From Candidatus Brocadia sp. (GTDB taxonomy: Bacteria; Planctomycetota; Brocadiia; Brocadiales; Brocadiaceae): a DNA stretch of 32,000 nucleotides. Where the stretch lies: NCBI GenBank assembly GCA_021650915.1, contig CP091279.1, positions 1,710,001 through 1,742,000 on the forward strand. The letters are read 5' to 3'. Positions 1 to 9,697 of the stretch are shown in pieces. The notes under the pieces are model-generated. The model saw only the letters and a program-made list of their open reading frames with translations. It was not told the DNA's origin and made no database searches. Numbering within the stretch: position 1 is the stretch's first letter; each line of letters starts with the position of its first letter. The position numbers and the translations under genes are program-made.

Positions 1-36
1 CAAGGAGTTTCACACGCATGGATTGTAAAATACCGG

Positions 37-1716
37 CTAATTACGGACTGCGGTGATTCTCCCCTCTCTATCAGTGGTAACCGTTCGGTCTGGCAGCGCC
101 GCGATTGCCTCTTCGGTAACAGCACGAAAACTGATGGATTGTCCCGCGTCGATCCGTTTAGGGCTTGTCCCATTATTGCCCTGCGAAAAAATTGTGTAGC
201 CGTCGCGGTACCCATTCTTCCATAGGTAATCGATCGAGCCAGCAGAATACTTACGGCTTAACTCAAGGGGAAGATATTTTGATTCCCCCTGCAGCATAAT
301 CTCAACGTCCTCCGTATTAACCCTGTATGGAGGCATTCCCGTGGTACTGTCAGCGTGGTATTTGAATCGGATACCTGAAACCTGGAGGAAGCGCCCATCA
401 CCTGAGTCCACCCTTTGCACCGAATGGTTCAAAATACCCAGGAGCTCTGCGCCAGTAAGTTCAAAGGCAACGAGTTTATTATCGTAGTAAAATATACCCT
501 CCATGTCGTACACCGTGATGGGAGCGCCAGCAGGAATATTATCGTTAATACGGATACTCCCGCCGTTTATGAAGGCAATATCGGTCCTCATCCGTGCACG
601 CACAACGTCAGTAAGAAAATTGCCCAGGGCCGTCTCGTCCTTACGCACCGCCGTCTCGACTCCTTCAAGCCTATACCTCGTCATACCAATTATTTCATTT
701 GGATCACGGTCTGTCTGCGCTTTCATGGTTGCTGAAAGCGCACCCAGCCATTTATTCACCGCATCACCGACATCCGGGTCATTTGCCACCGTTGAATCAA
801 GATCAACCTTCCTGGGAGGCTCTATAAGAGAATCATTTTGAAATATTCTTACATCATACCTGATAGCGCTCCTGGCATCAGCATCCGCCTTCGTAATCCA
901 GGTGCGTCCAACCTGCTGCTGAATGTAATAATGATCGTGCCCTCCGGCGATAATATCGATCTCACCGGGAAAATCATTGGCGAGTTGTCTGTCCTCTTCC
1001 AAATCCTGGTGCGTCAGGGCAATAATCACGCGGGCGCCCTTATCCCTTAAATAATCAAGGCTTTCCCGAATTCTTGCATTGCGTTCCTTTTCAACGTTAT
1101 AGTCGTACACAATATAATCCTGAGGCTGGGAATCATTGGTCAAACCAAAAATCCCTACACAGACACCATCAATGTCCAGCAAGAGTGCGTCATGAACATT
1201 TTTAAACCGGTGAGAGAATGGGACGCCGGGGGCGCCTTTATCCGGACAATAGCGAATGTTACAGGAAACCCAGTCAAAATCAGACTGCATGATCCGGCGC
1301 AGAAGGATGCCCGGGTCCGGGTGTTCGAATTCATGGTTGCCAAAAGCAACGATAAACCGTTTATCAAAACCGGCGGGTTTGCCATCCAGGAGGTTAAGCA
1401 TGTCGACCATAGGCTGAGCATGCAGGTATTTGCTCATAACCGATGGAAAAAGGAAGTCTCCGGCAAGAAGCACGAGCACGGGCTGTCCCTCTGCTTCCAT
1501 CTGCTCCCTGAGGGTACGCACCCGCGCAATTCCACCAGTGCTGCCCTTCTCCAGACCCTCGATCTTATACACGTCGTTGATCTGAAGGATTTTGAATTTC
1601 ACTTCACGATGCGTTTTGTTTTGCTCACTCTTTACGACGGGAGTGGCTGAACAACAGATACCAAGAAAACCGCATATCAACAGCATGGCGAGATGGAACG
1701 TATGCCTCGTAATCAT
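37..1716 (-). CDS. Exported 5'-nucleotidase / calcineurin-like metallophosphoesterase (UshA-like)
   Basis: 559-aa ORF with AGGAGG 5 nt upstream of the ATG at 1716. Hydrophobic signal-like N-terminus (HLAMLLICGFLGICCSA). Metallophosphoesterase motifs GDFLFP, GNHEFE, GGHDH. C-terminal 5'-nucleotidase-type motifs GNFLTD and INGGSIR. Confidence 0.85.
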   Translation of the reverse strand: MITRHTFHLAMLLICGFLGICCSATPVVKSEQNKTHREVKFKILQINDVYKIEGLEKGSTGGIARVRTLREQMEAEGQPVLVLLAGDFLFPSVMSKYLHAQPMVDMLNLLDGKPAGFDKRFIVAFGNHEFEHPDPGILLRRIMQSDFDWVSCNIRYCPDKGAPGVPFSHRFKNVHDALLLDIDGVCVGIFGLTNDSQPQDYIVYDYNVEKERNARIRESLDYLRDKGARVIIALTHQDLEEDRQLANDFPGEIDIIAGGHDHYYIQQQVGRTWITKADADARSAIRYDVRIFQNDSLIEPPRKVDLDSTVANDPDVGDAVNKWLGALSATMKAQTDRDPNEIIGMTRYRLEGVETAVRKDETALGNFLTDVVRARMRTDIAFINGGSIRINDNIPAGAPITVYDMEGIFYYDNKLVAFELTGAELLGILNHSVQRVDSGDGRFLQVSGIRFKYHADSTTGMPPYRVNTEDVEIMLQGESKYLPLELSRKYSAGSIDYLWKNGYRDGYTIFSQGNNGTSPKRIDAGQSISFRAVTEEAIAALPDRTVTTDREGRITAVRN

Positions 1717-1974
1717 AAATACCTCCTGTATATCAATTCAAACATTCGCTGATCGTGAACCCATTGCTATCTGACGGGATAGCGATGATAATCCCGCCAT
1801 TAAACAGCAACTAAGGGACAAGTATCATTTCTTTGGACAAAATAAGCACCCGCTCCTGCAGTGCGCCACCGGTCGCAACATATACTTCTTTATCCAGACA
1901 TTCATTCCTATCCATCACCCCCTTTATGGAAGACCAATAACGTATTCTGTTAATCACGGAGAAGCAAAGCTGCA

Positions 1975-2031
1975 ACCAAAATAAACCGCCCCTCTTTCTC
2001 CTCTTTTGCAAGGAGGAAACGAAGGGGCGGT
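1975..2031 (-). terminator. Intrinsic terminator closing the large minus-strand operon
   Basis: On the minus strand, 44 nt after the astacin stop: ACCGCCCCTTCGTTTCCTCC-ttgcaaaa-GGAGAAAGAGGGGCGGT followed by TTTATTTT. This is a long GC-rich stem plus a T-run. Confidence 0.65.
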
Positions 2032-2074
2032 AAATAACTTGATGAAAACGGTAACACTGTTAAAAAAATGGTTA

Positions 2075-3085
2075 CTATTTGCTTACCTTGATTCTGTATG
2101 AACCAGTACCACCAGCGCTATTGTAATGCCGCACCTGAACATAGTAAGTGCCCGTCGTAAGGTCCGTGACAATTTTCGCGTTCCGATCCGTGCCACTATC
2201 ATCATCCTCGGTAATAAGCTTCGTTTGACTGTCAGGACCGTAGAGCGACATCACAATATCCGTTGGACCTTCCGTCTCAATCGTATAGCGACCAGCAGTC
2301 TTCGCAGTGAACTTAAAGAGGTCTTGCTCTCCAGATCGGCCAATTTCGGCCTCCGTGGCTTTTGCCTCGATAACGGGGAGTTCCATAGCCCCAGCACCCT
2401 GAAACGGATAATTTATCGGGTCGCCAATAAACTTCTTATCGGTTTCCGATAGTACCTCATTAGGCTCCGATTGGAAGCCATCCAGTGTCCACGTTACTGG
2501 AATGGCGTAAAGCATTACCGACTTTTTATCCAGGGAAGTTCCATTTATCTGTTCCCGATCATACGTCTTAAACATATTATGATCAATTGTCTCCGGATCC
2601 CAATTGTTTGGCGGGCCCGAAAGATCCCGAATTACGTTGGGCTTGTTCCATTTAATACCCCCCAATGGATTCTGATGTTCGTGTATCAGGCCAATGGCGT
2701 GTCCAAATTCGTGGAGGACGACACCCTCGTCCTGCCAACCCAGATTCATCGTTGCCTGGCCAAGGGGAATATCCTTACAATCCGTACCAATATACGACCA
2801 TGCACCATCTGAATCAACAAACGAAATACGGATTTCAGCATCTGCTGCGTTGTTAAAGTCGAATTTCAGATTGGCGTGGTTGCTCCACTTTGGGGCGAAT
2901 TGTTTAACAATGTTGTGCTTCCCCGAATCACCACCGATAAAGCGCACCCGAAGAGTTGACCCGTTTGGCCACTTCTTTGCCTTCAACACCGCCATCCTTG
3001 CAGCGATGGACATGCTCGGCTGAGCAAGGCGACGAATGTCTCTTGGCAAAATCCTGTCATAGCACACCTTGAGATAGTTAGACAT
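2075..3085 (-). CDS. Astacin-like (M12A-type) zinc metalloprotease with C-terminal PPC (pre-peptidase C-terminal) domain; no signal peptide seen
   Basis: Extended zinc motif HEFGHAIGLIHEH (HExxHxxGxxHE) and a Met-turn-like SVMLY. C-terminal ~90 aa fit the PPC pattern (DLFKFTAKTAGRYTIET...MSLYGPD...GTYYVQVRHYN...GSYRIKV). I prefer the ATG at 3085 (GGAAAGGAG 7 nt upstream) over the track's TTG at 3103. N-terminus MSNYLKVCYDRILPRD is not signal-like. Confidence 0.85.
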   Translation of the reverse strand: MSNYLKVCYDRILPRDIRRLAQPSMSIAARMAVLKAKKWPNGSTLRVRFIGGDSGKHNIVKQFAPKWSNHANLKFDFNNAADAEIRISFVDSDGAWSYIGTDCKDIPLGQATMNLGWQDEGVVLHEFGHAIGLIHEHQNPLGGIKWNKPNVIRDLSGPPNNWDPETIDHNMFKTYDREQINGTSLDKKSVMLYAIPVTWTLDGFQSEPNEVLSETDKKFIGDPINYPFQGAGAMELPVIEAKATEAEIGRSGEQDLFKFTAKTAGRYTIETEGPTDIVMSLYGPDSQTKLITEDDDSGTDRNAKIVTDLTTGTYYVQVRHYNSAGGTGSYRIKVSK

Positions 3086-3204
3086 AACTAGGCTCCTTTC
3101 CAAATGACTTCGAGCCGAACCATCGAAGCCGGTTGATAATATTCTTATTCACGTTCGGATGAATGTCTTTTTCTGCATGCAAAATAATTACTATTCTTTA
3201 TTTT

Positions 3205-4179
3205 TTATTCCTTTTTCCTCTCATTATCAGGTCGTATCTTTTTGATGTGTTTTTCAGATACATCGATTGACTGGTTTCCTTCGGCATGCCCTCCCCGTTC
3301 TTTATCCCTTTCAGTAATAGTTTTCACTTTCGATAAAAGATCAGAAGGGGCAACTGTCCCTTTGGTTTCATCATAGAGGTCAAACCATGGCAGGCCATGT
3401 TTTGTGTACGTTTTGGCATCTATAGGGCTTGGCGGCGGTTGAATCCCTGTTATTTCAAAAAACTGTGCACTATTCATACTATGCACTACCACCCGCCCGT
3501 AGTTATTTTGATCCCAGGCATCAATGCCATGCAGGTCGGGATATATCTTTTGTTTCATTACACCCCCGGCGCCAAGCCCCATGGGCTGAGCTGCCATCTG
3601 CCGTTCGGGATGGGCAAACCTGACAGGACCGGTCTCTGGCTCAGGTGGTGGTTTCTCAGGAAATCGACCTGGTTTTGGTTCGAAGACAAAGACCTGCAAC
3701 CCACCATATTTTTCTTCACCAGTAATGGCCGCTTCTATGGTATACCCAAGTCCCAGCGGCATTGCAACAAACTGACGGATCGTACCATGCCCGGTATTTA
3801 TGCCGTCCAGCCATAGCTGATCGGGACAGACAACATAGTCCTGCGGACCGGCATGAAGCCCGTCTGTATATGGTTTACCGGTAATTGCATTCACATCACC
3901 TGCATATATCTTCACCGCATTTGGTTTCCATGCAGCGGCATTGAAACCAAGCCACAGCGCCTCCCGCTGATACATAGGCATAAACACGCCACCTTGTTCC
4001 CGCCACAGGTGGGGGATACAATCCCGGTAATCATCAACCTTAAACAGCGGAAATGCACCGAGACCAGGCGGCAAAGGATAGACCCGCCCATCATCCGGGA
4101 TTCTTAAAGTACGATGGAAAGATATCGAAAAGCGCGGGCCGATCCGTATTCCATACTCATCGATAACAACATCAAGCAT
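3205..4179 (-). CDS. Conserved-looking hypothetical protein (324 aa), no recognised family
   Basis: Long ORF co-oriented in the operon, with GAGAGGA 6 nt upstream of the ATG. Globular-looking composition with a basic C-terminal tail (KKIRPDNERKKE). No signal peptide or TM segment seen. Confidence 0.7.
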   Translation of the reverse strand: MLDVVIDEYGIRIGPRFSISFHRTLRIPDDGRVYPLPPGLGAFPLFKVDDYRDCIPHLWREQGGVFMPMYQREALWLGFNAAAWKPNAVKIYAGDVNAITGKPYTDGLHAGPQDYVVCPDQLWLDGINTGHGTIRQFVAMPLGLGYTIEAAITGEEKYGGLQVFVFEPKPGRFPEKPPPEPETGPVRFAHPERQMAAQPMGLGAGGVMKQKIYPDLHGIDAWDQNNYGRVVVHSMNSAQFFEITGIQPPPSPIDAKTYTKHGLPWFDLYDETKGTVAPSDLLSKVKTITERDKERGGHAEGNQSIDVSEKHIKKIRPDNERKKE

Positions 4180-4296
4180 TGTTCATCCTCTCTCACTGCA
4201 ACCCTACGGCATATGTTCCTTGCCCGGGGAAATTGTTGCCATGAAATTACTTTTTCATTTTCATAATATCCTGTTTTCCGACCAAAGCGCTCTTGT

Positions 4297-7200
4297 CTAT
4301 ATGCACTTCTCGACGAGACTAAGCAGAGCAAGAATGCGGCCGGTACTTTCCACCGGGAGCATCATTGGTGTCTCCGTTAGTGGCGCCAAAGACCCAAATA
4401 CTCCTTTGTCATCTTCCTTAGCAAACAGCTCTGTCGCCAACACGATTAGCCGTCCTGTATCGTTCAGTGGATATCGCCGACGCCGAACTGTGTGCCCGAC
4501 GTTACCTCCGATAGCCTCCGCGTATACCGTCTTCCCATTTTCAGCCTTGACAAGCGTGACGATGTCGCCATGGAGAAGGTCACCTTTTTTGACGTCCCTG
4601 AGACGCGCTGGTTTCTCGATGAAGTCCGTTCGATCCGTGATAATGATATCGCCAATCTTGATTGCACGTTCGATGGGTTCGAAGGCATGGTACGTTCCAT
4701 CAACGGCTTTGCGTCTGCGTTCACGCGCCTCGACGACATAGTCCGAATGTCTACGACTCGCCTTGAGCAGACCATCCAGCCCGCCATGCGCGCCTCTGCT
4801 GTCGATAGCCTCCAACTTGTGGCCGATGGCAGCTGTCCGAACGCATGACACTACGAACACGGCGCTCCAGGCTTCTATATCCGCGCGGGACTGATGTGCC
4901 AATTGCAGCGCTTCCTCGGCGAGGGTGTCTATATTCTGGGGGTCCGTGCTCCCAGCCTTCGTGAGAATCTTTTTTCGAACCTTTTGCTTATCGCTGTCCT
5001 CCCAGTTCTTCGCGGGGTTCTCCAGTGATTTGCGTAATCTCCTTGCCTGTTTGTGTTTATCCTTTGCCGCTTCGAGGACTCTCCTCGCCACTTCAAGGCT
5101 GTTTTTTTCAGCATCGCGCGCCTTCAGCGCGGTGTCATATGCCATTCTCGCTGCACTAAGGGCGGCACTTGCTGCGTCGAACGCCGTTTGTGCCCCAGAG
5201 TCAGACCGACCGCTGGCGGCCTTCATACGGTCATTGGCTGTCTCCATGTTTTTGGCGGCCAGTTCCACCGCTGTCTTGGTGACCTTGGCCTTCGTCTCGG
5301 CATCGTTGACCCTCACGATAGCTGAATCGACATCGTCAGACTTCTTGTAGACATCAGCGGTCCTGGCATCAACATCCGCTGCGGCTCTGCGGAAGGCCAA
5401 AACCGCCGCATTGAGGGTGGCGTTGCCAAGATTGCCGTACGTGACACTTGGATCAAGCGCTGCTTTTTGCACCGCCTCGAGCTTCCCGGGACGAATGGTT
5501 CCTGTATGTCCCGCTAACCAGTAACGGACAAGATCACCGAAACGCGAGTCATTGTCCTCTTTCTGAGCGGTGCTGCCTGCACCCATCCACCATATCTTTC
5601 GCTCGTCCAGGGCGGCAGTCGCCACGGCAGCCCTGAGGTCTGCCTCTTTGACAAATGCACCGCTGGGCCCATGAAAACCACACTTGGACGTAATCCCGGG
5701 CTGTTCCTGAAGTATCCCTGATTCGGACGGTTTTCCGCATTTTTCTCTGTGGTAAAGCCTTAGTTCCTCAATCTGCTCCTCGCTAACCCGACCATAGTTC
5801 CAGACGTGGAATTCTCCCCTGACATCCACATGGGCGAAGTTTGGCGCCAGCCCTATCGCAACCCTGCATCCGCAGGCGTCTATTGCCGCTTTCGCAATCT
5901 CAACGCCAGTCATCCCAGGTATCTTTATATCTGCTGCCCTGCCGCTCAGATGCTGACTTCTCTTTTTGGGTTCCTTCCCCAGTTTCTTGTAAAGATACAG
6001 GTTATACGTATAAGAGCGATAACCAGAATTGATAATGACTGATTTGCCAACATAATCCTGAATGGCCTGAAGGCAGTTTACCAGTTCGGGATCAATTCGC
6101 GCCTTGTCGAATTTTTTCGGGCCGCTCCTGGCAAGCTCATGGACGGTAAAATCCCTGGATAGCTTTTTTGTTCTATGGTTGCCACTCGTATCCAAAAGCG
6201 GGTTTCCCGATGTATTTGGGTCGTAGTACTCTTCTCCGGGACCGTCTTGTCCGGATACGATAGTCAGGGATTCCCCACTTGGGAAAGTTTTAGTATCTCC
6301 CACCGTATCTTCAACTGCTGTTCGCGCGGTGGGTGGGACAGAAGTTAAGCTTTCGCTTTCCTTGCTCGCCTTGGCCGCATTGCAAGGTGCATTGTTGATG
6401 CGATCAAGCCAATGCGCAATGGGTACCCAAAAATGGGGATCCGCTTTGCTTTTCTCCCTCTTCTTTCTCTCCGGTGCAGTCGAGGGGACAACACAAACAT
6501 TGTTGTGCTTAAATTTTTTCTTTTTGAGTTTTTCAGAGGTTGCTTTGGGCCGGTCATCGTAGTAATAGACGAAAAGCCAGGCATCTTGATGTGAATCCGC
6601 CCAGTTTGCCCACTCATTCGCCAACCATTTTTGTTTTCTCTCTTTTTCTGGTTCCGGATCGTCCAGTTTATTTGCATACAAGGAGTCAAAACACCAGCAC
6701 TGAACAATTTTGTCGGCGTAACCACCACCTTTCAATTTCGCCAGCTTCAGCATTGGGCTTCCTCCACCCGAATGGCATGCAAGGATAATGCTTCCGGCCA
6801 TAGGATCTTGCTTACGAGCCATATATGGGCCATAAGCTTTAAGCGCTTCCATAACCTGGCCCAGGTACTTATCTATCTCTCCGGGATTCGTCAAAATGCC
6901 GGTTTCGGATTTCGGGCCCAAAGTTGGCGCGACAAGGATACAGTTTTTCCCGCTATCGTTTAATCCTTCCCGGAATGCGAAAAAGGGGAACTTTTTGCCG
7001 TCCCAATATTCTTTAATCGACTTATCATTACCGGGAAAAGTTCCTTTGTATCCGTGCAAATAGAGAATCAGGTCGACGGTTGATTGGGGTTTGTAGTTCT
7101 GTGGAATAAAGATCCCCGTACAGGGCGGCGCAATCTCATTGTTTTTCTTATCGACGATTTTTAGATCGATCTTAACGTAGAGAGTTTGACCGGGTGGGGT

Positions 7201-9219
7201 TGTTTCACTGTCAAGGAGGAGAGGCGCAGAAGAGACATCCTCTGCGAATATTTCCGGTGCACGTCCCGCTACGGATAAGCATGGGTGGCCAGTTTGTGGC
7301 GCATAACCCCTATTCAGGATTTTTCCTGCCCCATCCATACGGCAATCAAAATGCATGATATCGCCGCTACGTCTGGGACCAAGGTCTATGGCGCCCCATG
7401 CGAGACAGGCTTGATCGCGCAAAGCCACTACAAGGTCACGGTTGAGATTGAGGAAACCATGGAGAGGGTTGCGACGTGACCCAAAATAAGTTTTAAGAAG
7501 CTTTAAATGCCCCTGAATCTGTTTCTGCCAACGCCCCGATGCAGCCTCTAAATCTCCCTTTTCTTTATCCGATACGAAGACATTGGCGGTGCCTTTATCC
7601 AGTCTTTCCTGCAATTTTTTCTTGATGGCTTCAATATCGGTAGCAAGCTGAAGATATGCGCGGAATTCTCTGTCTCGTTGAGCAAGTGCATCATAAATTT
7701 CACCTGTGGACCTCATCCTCCCGGTTAACGGGTCAGGCTCAGTTGCCAAACTATGTAAGTAGGTCGGTGTGAAATCGATCTCCGTTCCGGAAATAAGTAA
7801 CGTGACGCTCTTCATTATTTTAATAAAACTTTTGTTGCCAATCGGCCTATCTTTATCACCAGCCACATATGGATTACCGGTGTAGCTAATATCCAGCGCT
7901 AAACCAAACGTGTGATTGCCCTTCGATCCTTTTTTGTAGCGCATACCTTTGTGTCGTTCATCAATCCCCAATACCTTGCCCAACTCAACCGGGGTCAGAC
8001 CAGCGTACGCTGGCATGGAAAGGAGATGTCTTTCGGCAATGCGTAATTTACGTGCTAAAACCAGGTGAATGCCGGTGAGTTCACCTGCACTTTCGAATCT
8101 CTGACCCAGGAACGCCGGATTCACCATGTTCCTGAACCAGTTCCTTGCGGTAAATTCACCACCGGTGGCTATTGAAATCTTTTCACCTAAACCATTGAGC
8201 CAGTCCTGAGCTGTAAGATTCGGTTTATCCGCTTCATGCAATCCTTTCCGGTTCACGAGGCCGAGACTGTCGAGCGTCGATTCCCCGGCCTTGCCATCTA
8301 TCTGATTAGTTTCAACAAAACATTTCGCTTGAAACTGATGAACCGTCTCCACAAACACGCCATCAATGGGTGGCGTGCCCACTTCGATTTGGTTCTTCAG
8401 GTTGGCCTTGTTATGATTATCAATTTCATCTTTGACTTTACTCAAATCAACATAGCGTCCCAATTCCGTTCGGATGTCATTTGGATCCACGCCTGATTGA
8501 CCCGGATGCGTTTTCCGATTCCAGCGGACAGCATCCGTATTCTGTTTAGGATCAAGAATTGGGTGTATTATATCTGCCCGTTTTGAAGGATCAAAATCCG
8601 GCACTGCAACCGTGGTATCGGCAACATCCTCAAACAGATCGGGGATATCTTCCCGCCATCTCATGATTCCGGGACGAAAGCGAAGGATCATCTGATCGTG
8701 CGGCATGCGGCCGGTTTCATCGAGAATGAGGCGGGCAAAGGAGTCAGCCAGCGCATGAGGCCTCGCGCCACCTTCAACCACATGCACATAAGCGCCAAGG
8801 TGATGGCTTTCCGGAATCAACCCGGCAGACGACAACTGCTCATAGTCCCAGCTTTCGGGTGCGGCAATGATGGCAACGTGTCCAAAGCCTTCGCACATGG
8901 CTTTGCGCACGAGGAAGTCGCCGAGTTGAAAAACATCGTCGGGTCGCACTCCCGGTTCTGCCACCACCTCGAAAAACCGCTCGAAGTATTGACGCAGCAC
9001 CGGCGCACCACCAGGCGCAAAGGCATCAAAGATCGACGCCGGAGAAGGAAAACCTTCTGTGCCAAGAGAATTCTGTGTTTCTGCTCTCCCTGCTTTGGAT
9101 AGCACTTGGCTAAGCAGAGCGTTCGAGGAGACAGAAACCTTATCTACAGCAATTGCCTTCTCTGCTAACTCGATAAGTTCGCGACTAAGACCGCTCCCAG
9201 CTTCTCCTTTACTCCTCAT
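4297..9219 (-). CDS. Giant multidomain predicted cell-wall hydrolase: shared N-terminal module, PG-binding-like repeat, LAS/M15-like module, GxSxG-like hydrolase module, Peptidase_M15A (DUF882-like), Ala-rich coiled coil, DUF2272/CHAP-like domain
   Basis: Uninterrupted ~1640-1651 codon ORF. The ATG at 9219 follows AAGGAGG; the track's TTG at 9252 is also possible. Motifs, minus strand, approximate nt:
- shared module, 8650-9185;
- VHQFQAKC..DGKAGESTLDSLGL, 8255-8350;
- NHTFGLALDI (7891-7920) plus SGDIMHFD (7343-7366);
- LYLHGY...ILACHSGGG (around 6763-6790);
- SGYRS..SQHLSGRAADI (5927-5965) plus FAHVDVR (5821-5850);
- Ala/Lys/Glu-rich helical region, 4900-5450;
- WSAVFVVSCVR (4835-4875), LHGDIVTLV and AIGGNVGHTV (4480-4525). 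Confidence 0.85.
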   Translation of the reverse strand: MRSKGEAGSGLSRELIELAEKAIAVDKVSVSSNALLSQVLSKAGRAETQNSLGTEGFPSPASIFDAFAPGGAPVLRQYFERFFEVVAEPGVRPDDVFQLGDFLVRKAMCEGFGHVAIIAAPESWDYEQLSSAGLIPESHHLGAYVHVVEGGARPHALADSFARLILDETGRMPHDQMILRFRPGIMRWREDIPDLFEDVADTTVAVPDFDPSKRADIIHPILDPKQNTDAVRWNRKTHPGQSGVDPNDIRTELGRYVDLSKVKDEIDNHNKANLKNQIEVGTPPIDGVFVETVHQFQAKCFVETNQIDGKAGESTLDSLGLVNRKGLHEADKPNLTAQDWLNGLGEKISIATGGEFTARNWFRNMVNPAFLGQRFESAGELTGIHLVLARKLRIAERHLLSMPAYAGLTPVELGKVLGIDERHKGMRYKKGSKGNHTFGLALDISYTGNPYVAGDKDRPIGNKSFIKIMKSVTLLISGTEIDFTPTYLHSLATEPDPLTGRMRSTGEIYDALAQRDREFRAYLQLATDIEAIKKKLQERLDKGTANVFVSDKEKGDLEAASGRWQKQIQGHLKLLKTYFGSRRNPLHGFLNLNRDLVVALRDQACLAWGAIDLGPRRSGDIMHFDCRMDGAGKILNRGYAPQTGHPCLSVAGRAPEIFAEDVSSAPLLLDSETTPPGQTLYVKIDLKIVDKKNNEIAPPCTGIFIPQNYKPQSTVDLILYLHGYKGTFPGNDKSIKEYWDGKKFPFFAFREGLNDSGKNCILVAPTLGPKSETGILTNPGEIDKYLGQVMEALKAYGPYMARKQDPMAGSIILACHSGGGSPMLKLAKLKGGGYADKIVQCWCFDSLYANKLDDPEPEKERKQKWLANEWANWADSHQDAWLFVYYYDDRPKATSEKLKKKKFKHNNVCVVPSTAPERKKREKSKADPHFWVPIAHWLDRINNAPCNAAKASKESESLTSVPPTARTAVEDTVGDTKTFPSGESLTIVSGQDGPGEEYYDPNTSGNPLLDTSGNHRTKKLSRDFTVHELARSGPKKFDKARIDPELVNCLQAIQDYVGKSVIINSGYRSYTYNLYLYKKLGKEPKKRSQHLSGRAADIKIPGMTGVEIAKAAIDACGCRVAIGLAPNFAHVDVRGEFHVWNYGRVSEEQIEELRLYHREKCGKPSESGILQEQPGITSKCGFHGPSGAFVKEADLRAAVATAALDERKIWWMGAGSTAQKEDNDSRFGDLVRYWLAGHTGTIRPGKLEAVQKAALDPSVTYGNLGNATLNAAVLAFRRAAADVDARTADVYKKSDDVDSAIVRVNDAETKAKVTKTAVELAAKNMETANDRMKAASGRSDSGAQTAFDAASAALSAARMAYDTALKARDAEKNSLEVARRVLEAAKDKHKQARRLRKSLENPAKNWEDSDKQKVRKKILTKAGSTDPQNIDTLAEEALQLAHQSRADIEAWSAVFVVSCVRTAAIGHKLEAIDSRGAHGGLDGLLKASRRHSDYVVEARERRRKAVDGTYHAFEPIERAIKIGDIIITDRTDFIEKPARLRDVKKGDLLHGDIVTLVKAENGKTVYAEAIGGNVGHTVRRRRYPLNDTGRLIVLATELFAKEDDKGVFGSLAPLTETPMMLPVESTGRILALLSLVEKCI

Positions 9220-9284
9220 TTGTGTAAAACCTCCTTGTCCGTCTGATTTCAACCGTCAACCGGATCATTGTGCGCTCTCTATCG

Positions 9285-9677
9285 TCAATCAATCGATGGC
9301 GCACCAAGACGATATCGGAATCGGGTCTCAACCCTGGTCTCTGGGCGTCCAGGCCAACCAAGAAAAATCGGTACCCCTTCCCGCAGGTTCTGGAAATCGA
9401 ATGCAATGAAGCGGTACCTATTCTCACTAACCCACTTATAGTGCGGGATGGAGATCTCTCCCACATAGAGCACTGGAGAAAGGGCACCAACGGGGAATTC
9501 ATCGTCCGTATCAATCACAATCTCGACCGCCTCAGTAGCTTCTACTATCTTCAATCCGATGAGCCGATGTTGAGGTTCGCGGTAACGGATGTGCTTAGAG
9601 ACCACATTGAGAACCGCTGGTAGACGCCACGGGCTCTGGCTTCCAGGGCCGGTTCTTAGGTCATTATTTTTGCGCAT
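9285..9677 (-). CDS. Hypothetical 130-aa protein between the two giant genes
   Basis: GAAGGAGAG 6 nt upstream of the ATG at 9677. The start lies 20 nt after the upstream stop. Co-oriented in the operon. No family recognised, and no signal peptide or TM segment. Confidence 0.6.
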   Translation of the reverse strand: MRKNNDLRTGPGSQSPWRLPAVLNVVSKHIRYREPQHRLIGLKIVEATEAVEIVIDTDDEFPVGALSPVLYVGEISIPHYKWVSENRYRFIAFDFQNLREGVPIFLGWPGRPETRVETRFRYRLGAPSID

Positions 9678-9697
9678 ATTTGGCTCTCCTTCATGAC

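Noticed and set aside
1811-2011. 66-aa minus-strand ORF between the astacin gene and the 5'-nucleotidase gene
   Set aside because: It overlaps the terminator hairpin (1975-2031), has no ribosome site and has odd composition. It is more likely non-coding intergenic sequence.
4220-4741. 173-aa plus-strand ORF, plus many other 60-150-aa ORFs on the plus strand between 400 and 17900
   Set aside because: All lie inside long, motif-rich minus-strand ORFs. Their compositions look typical of antisense frames, and none has a convincing start context.
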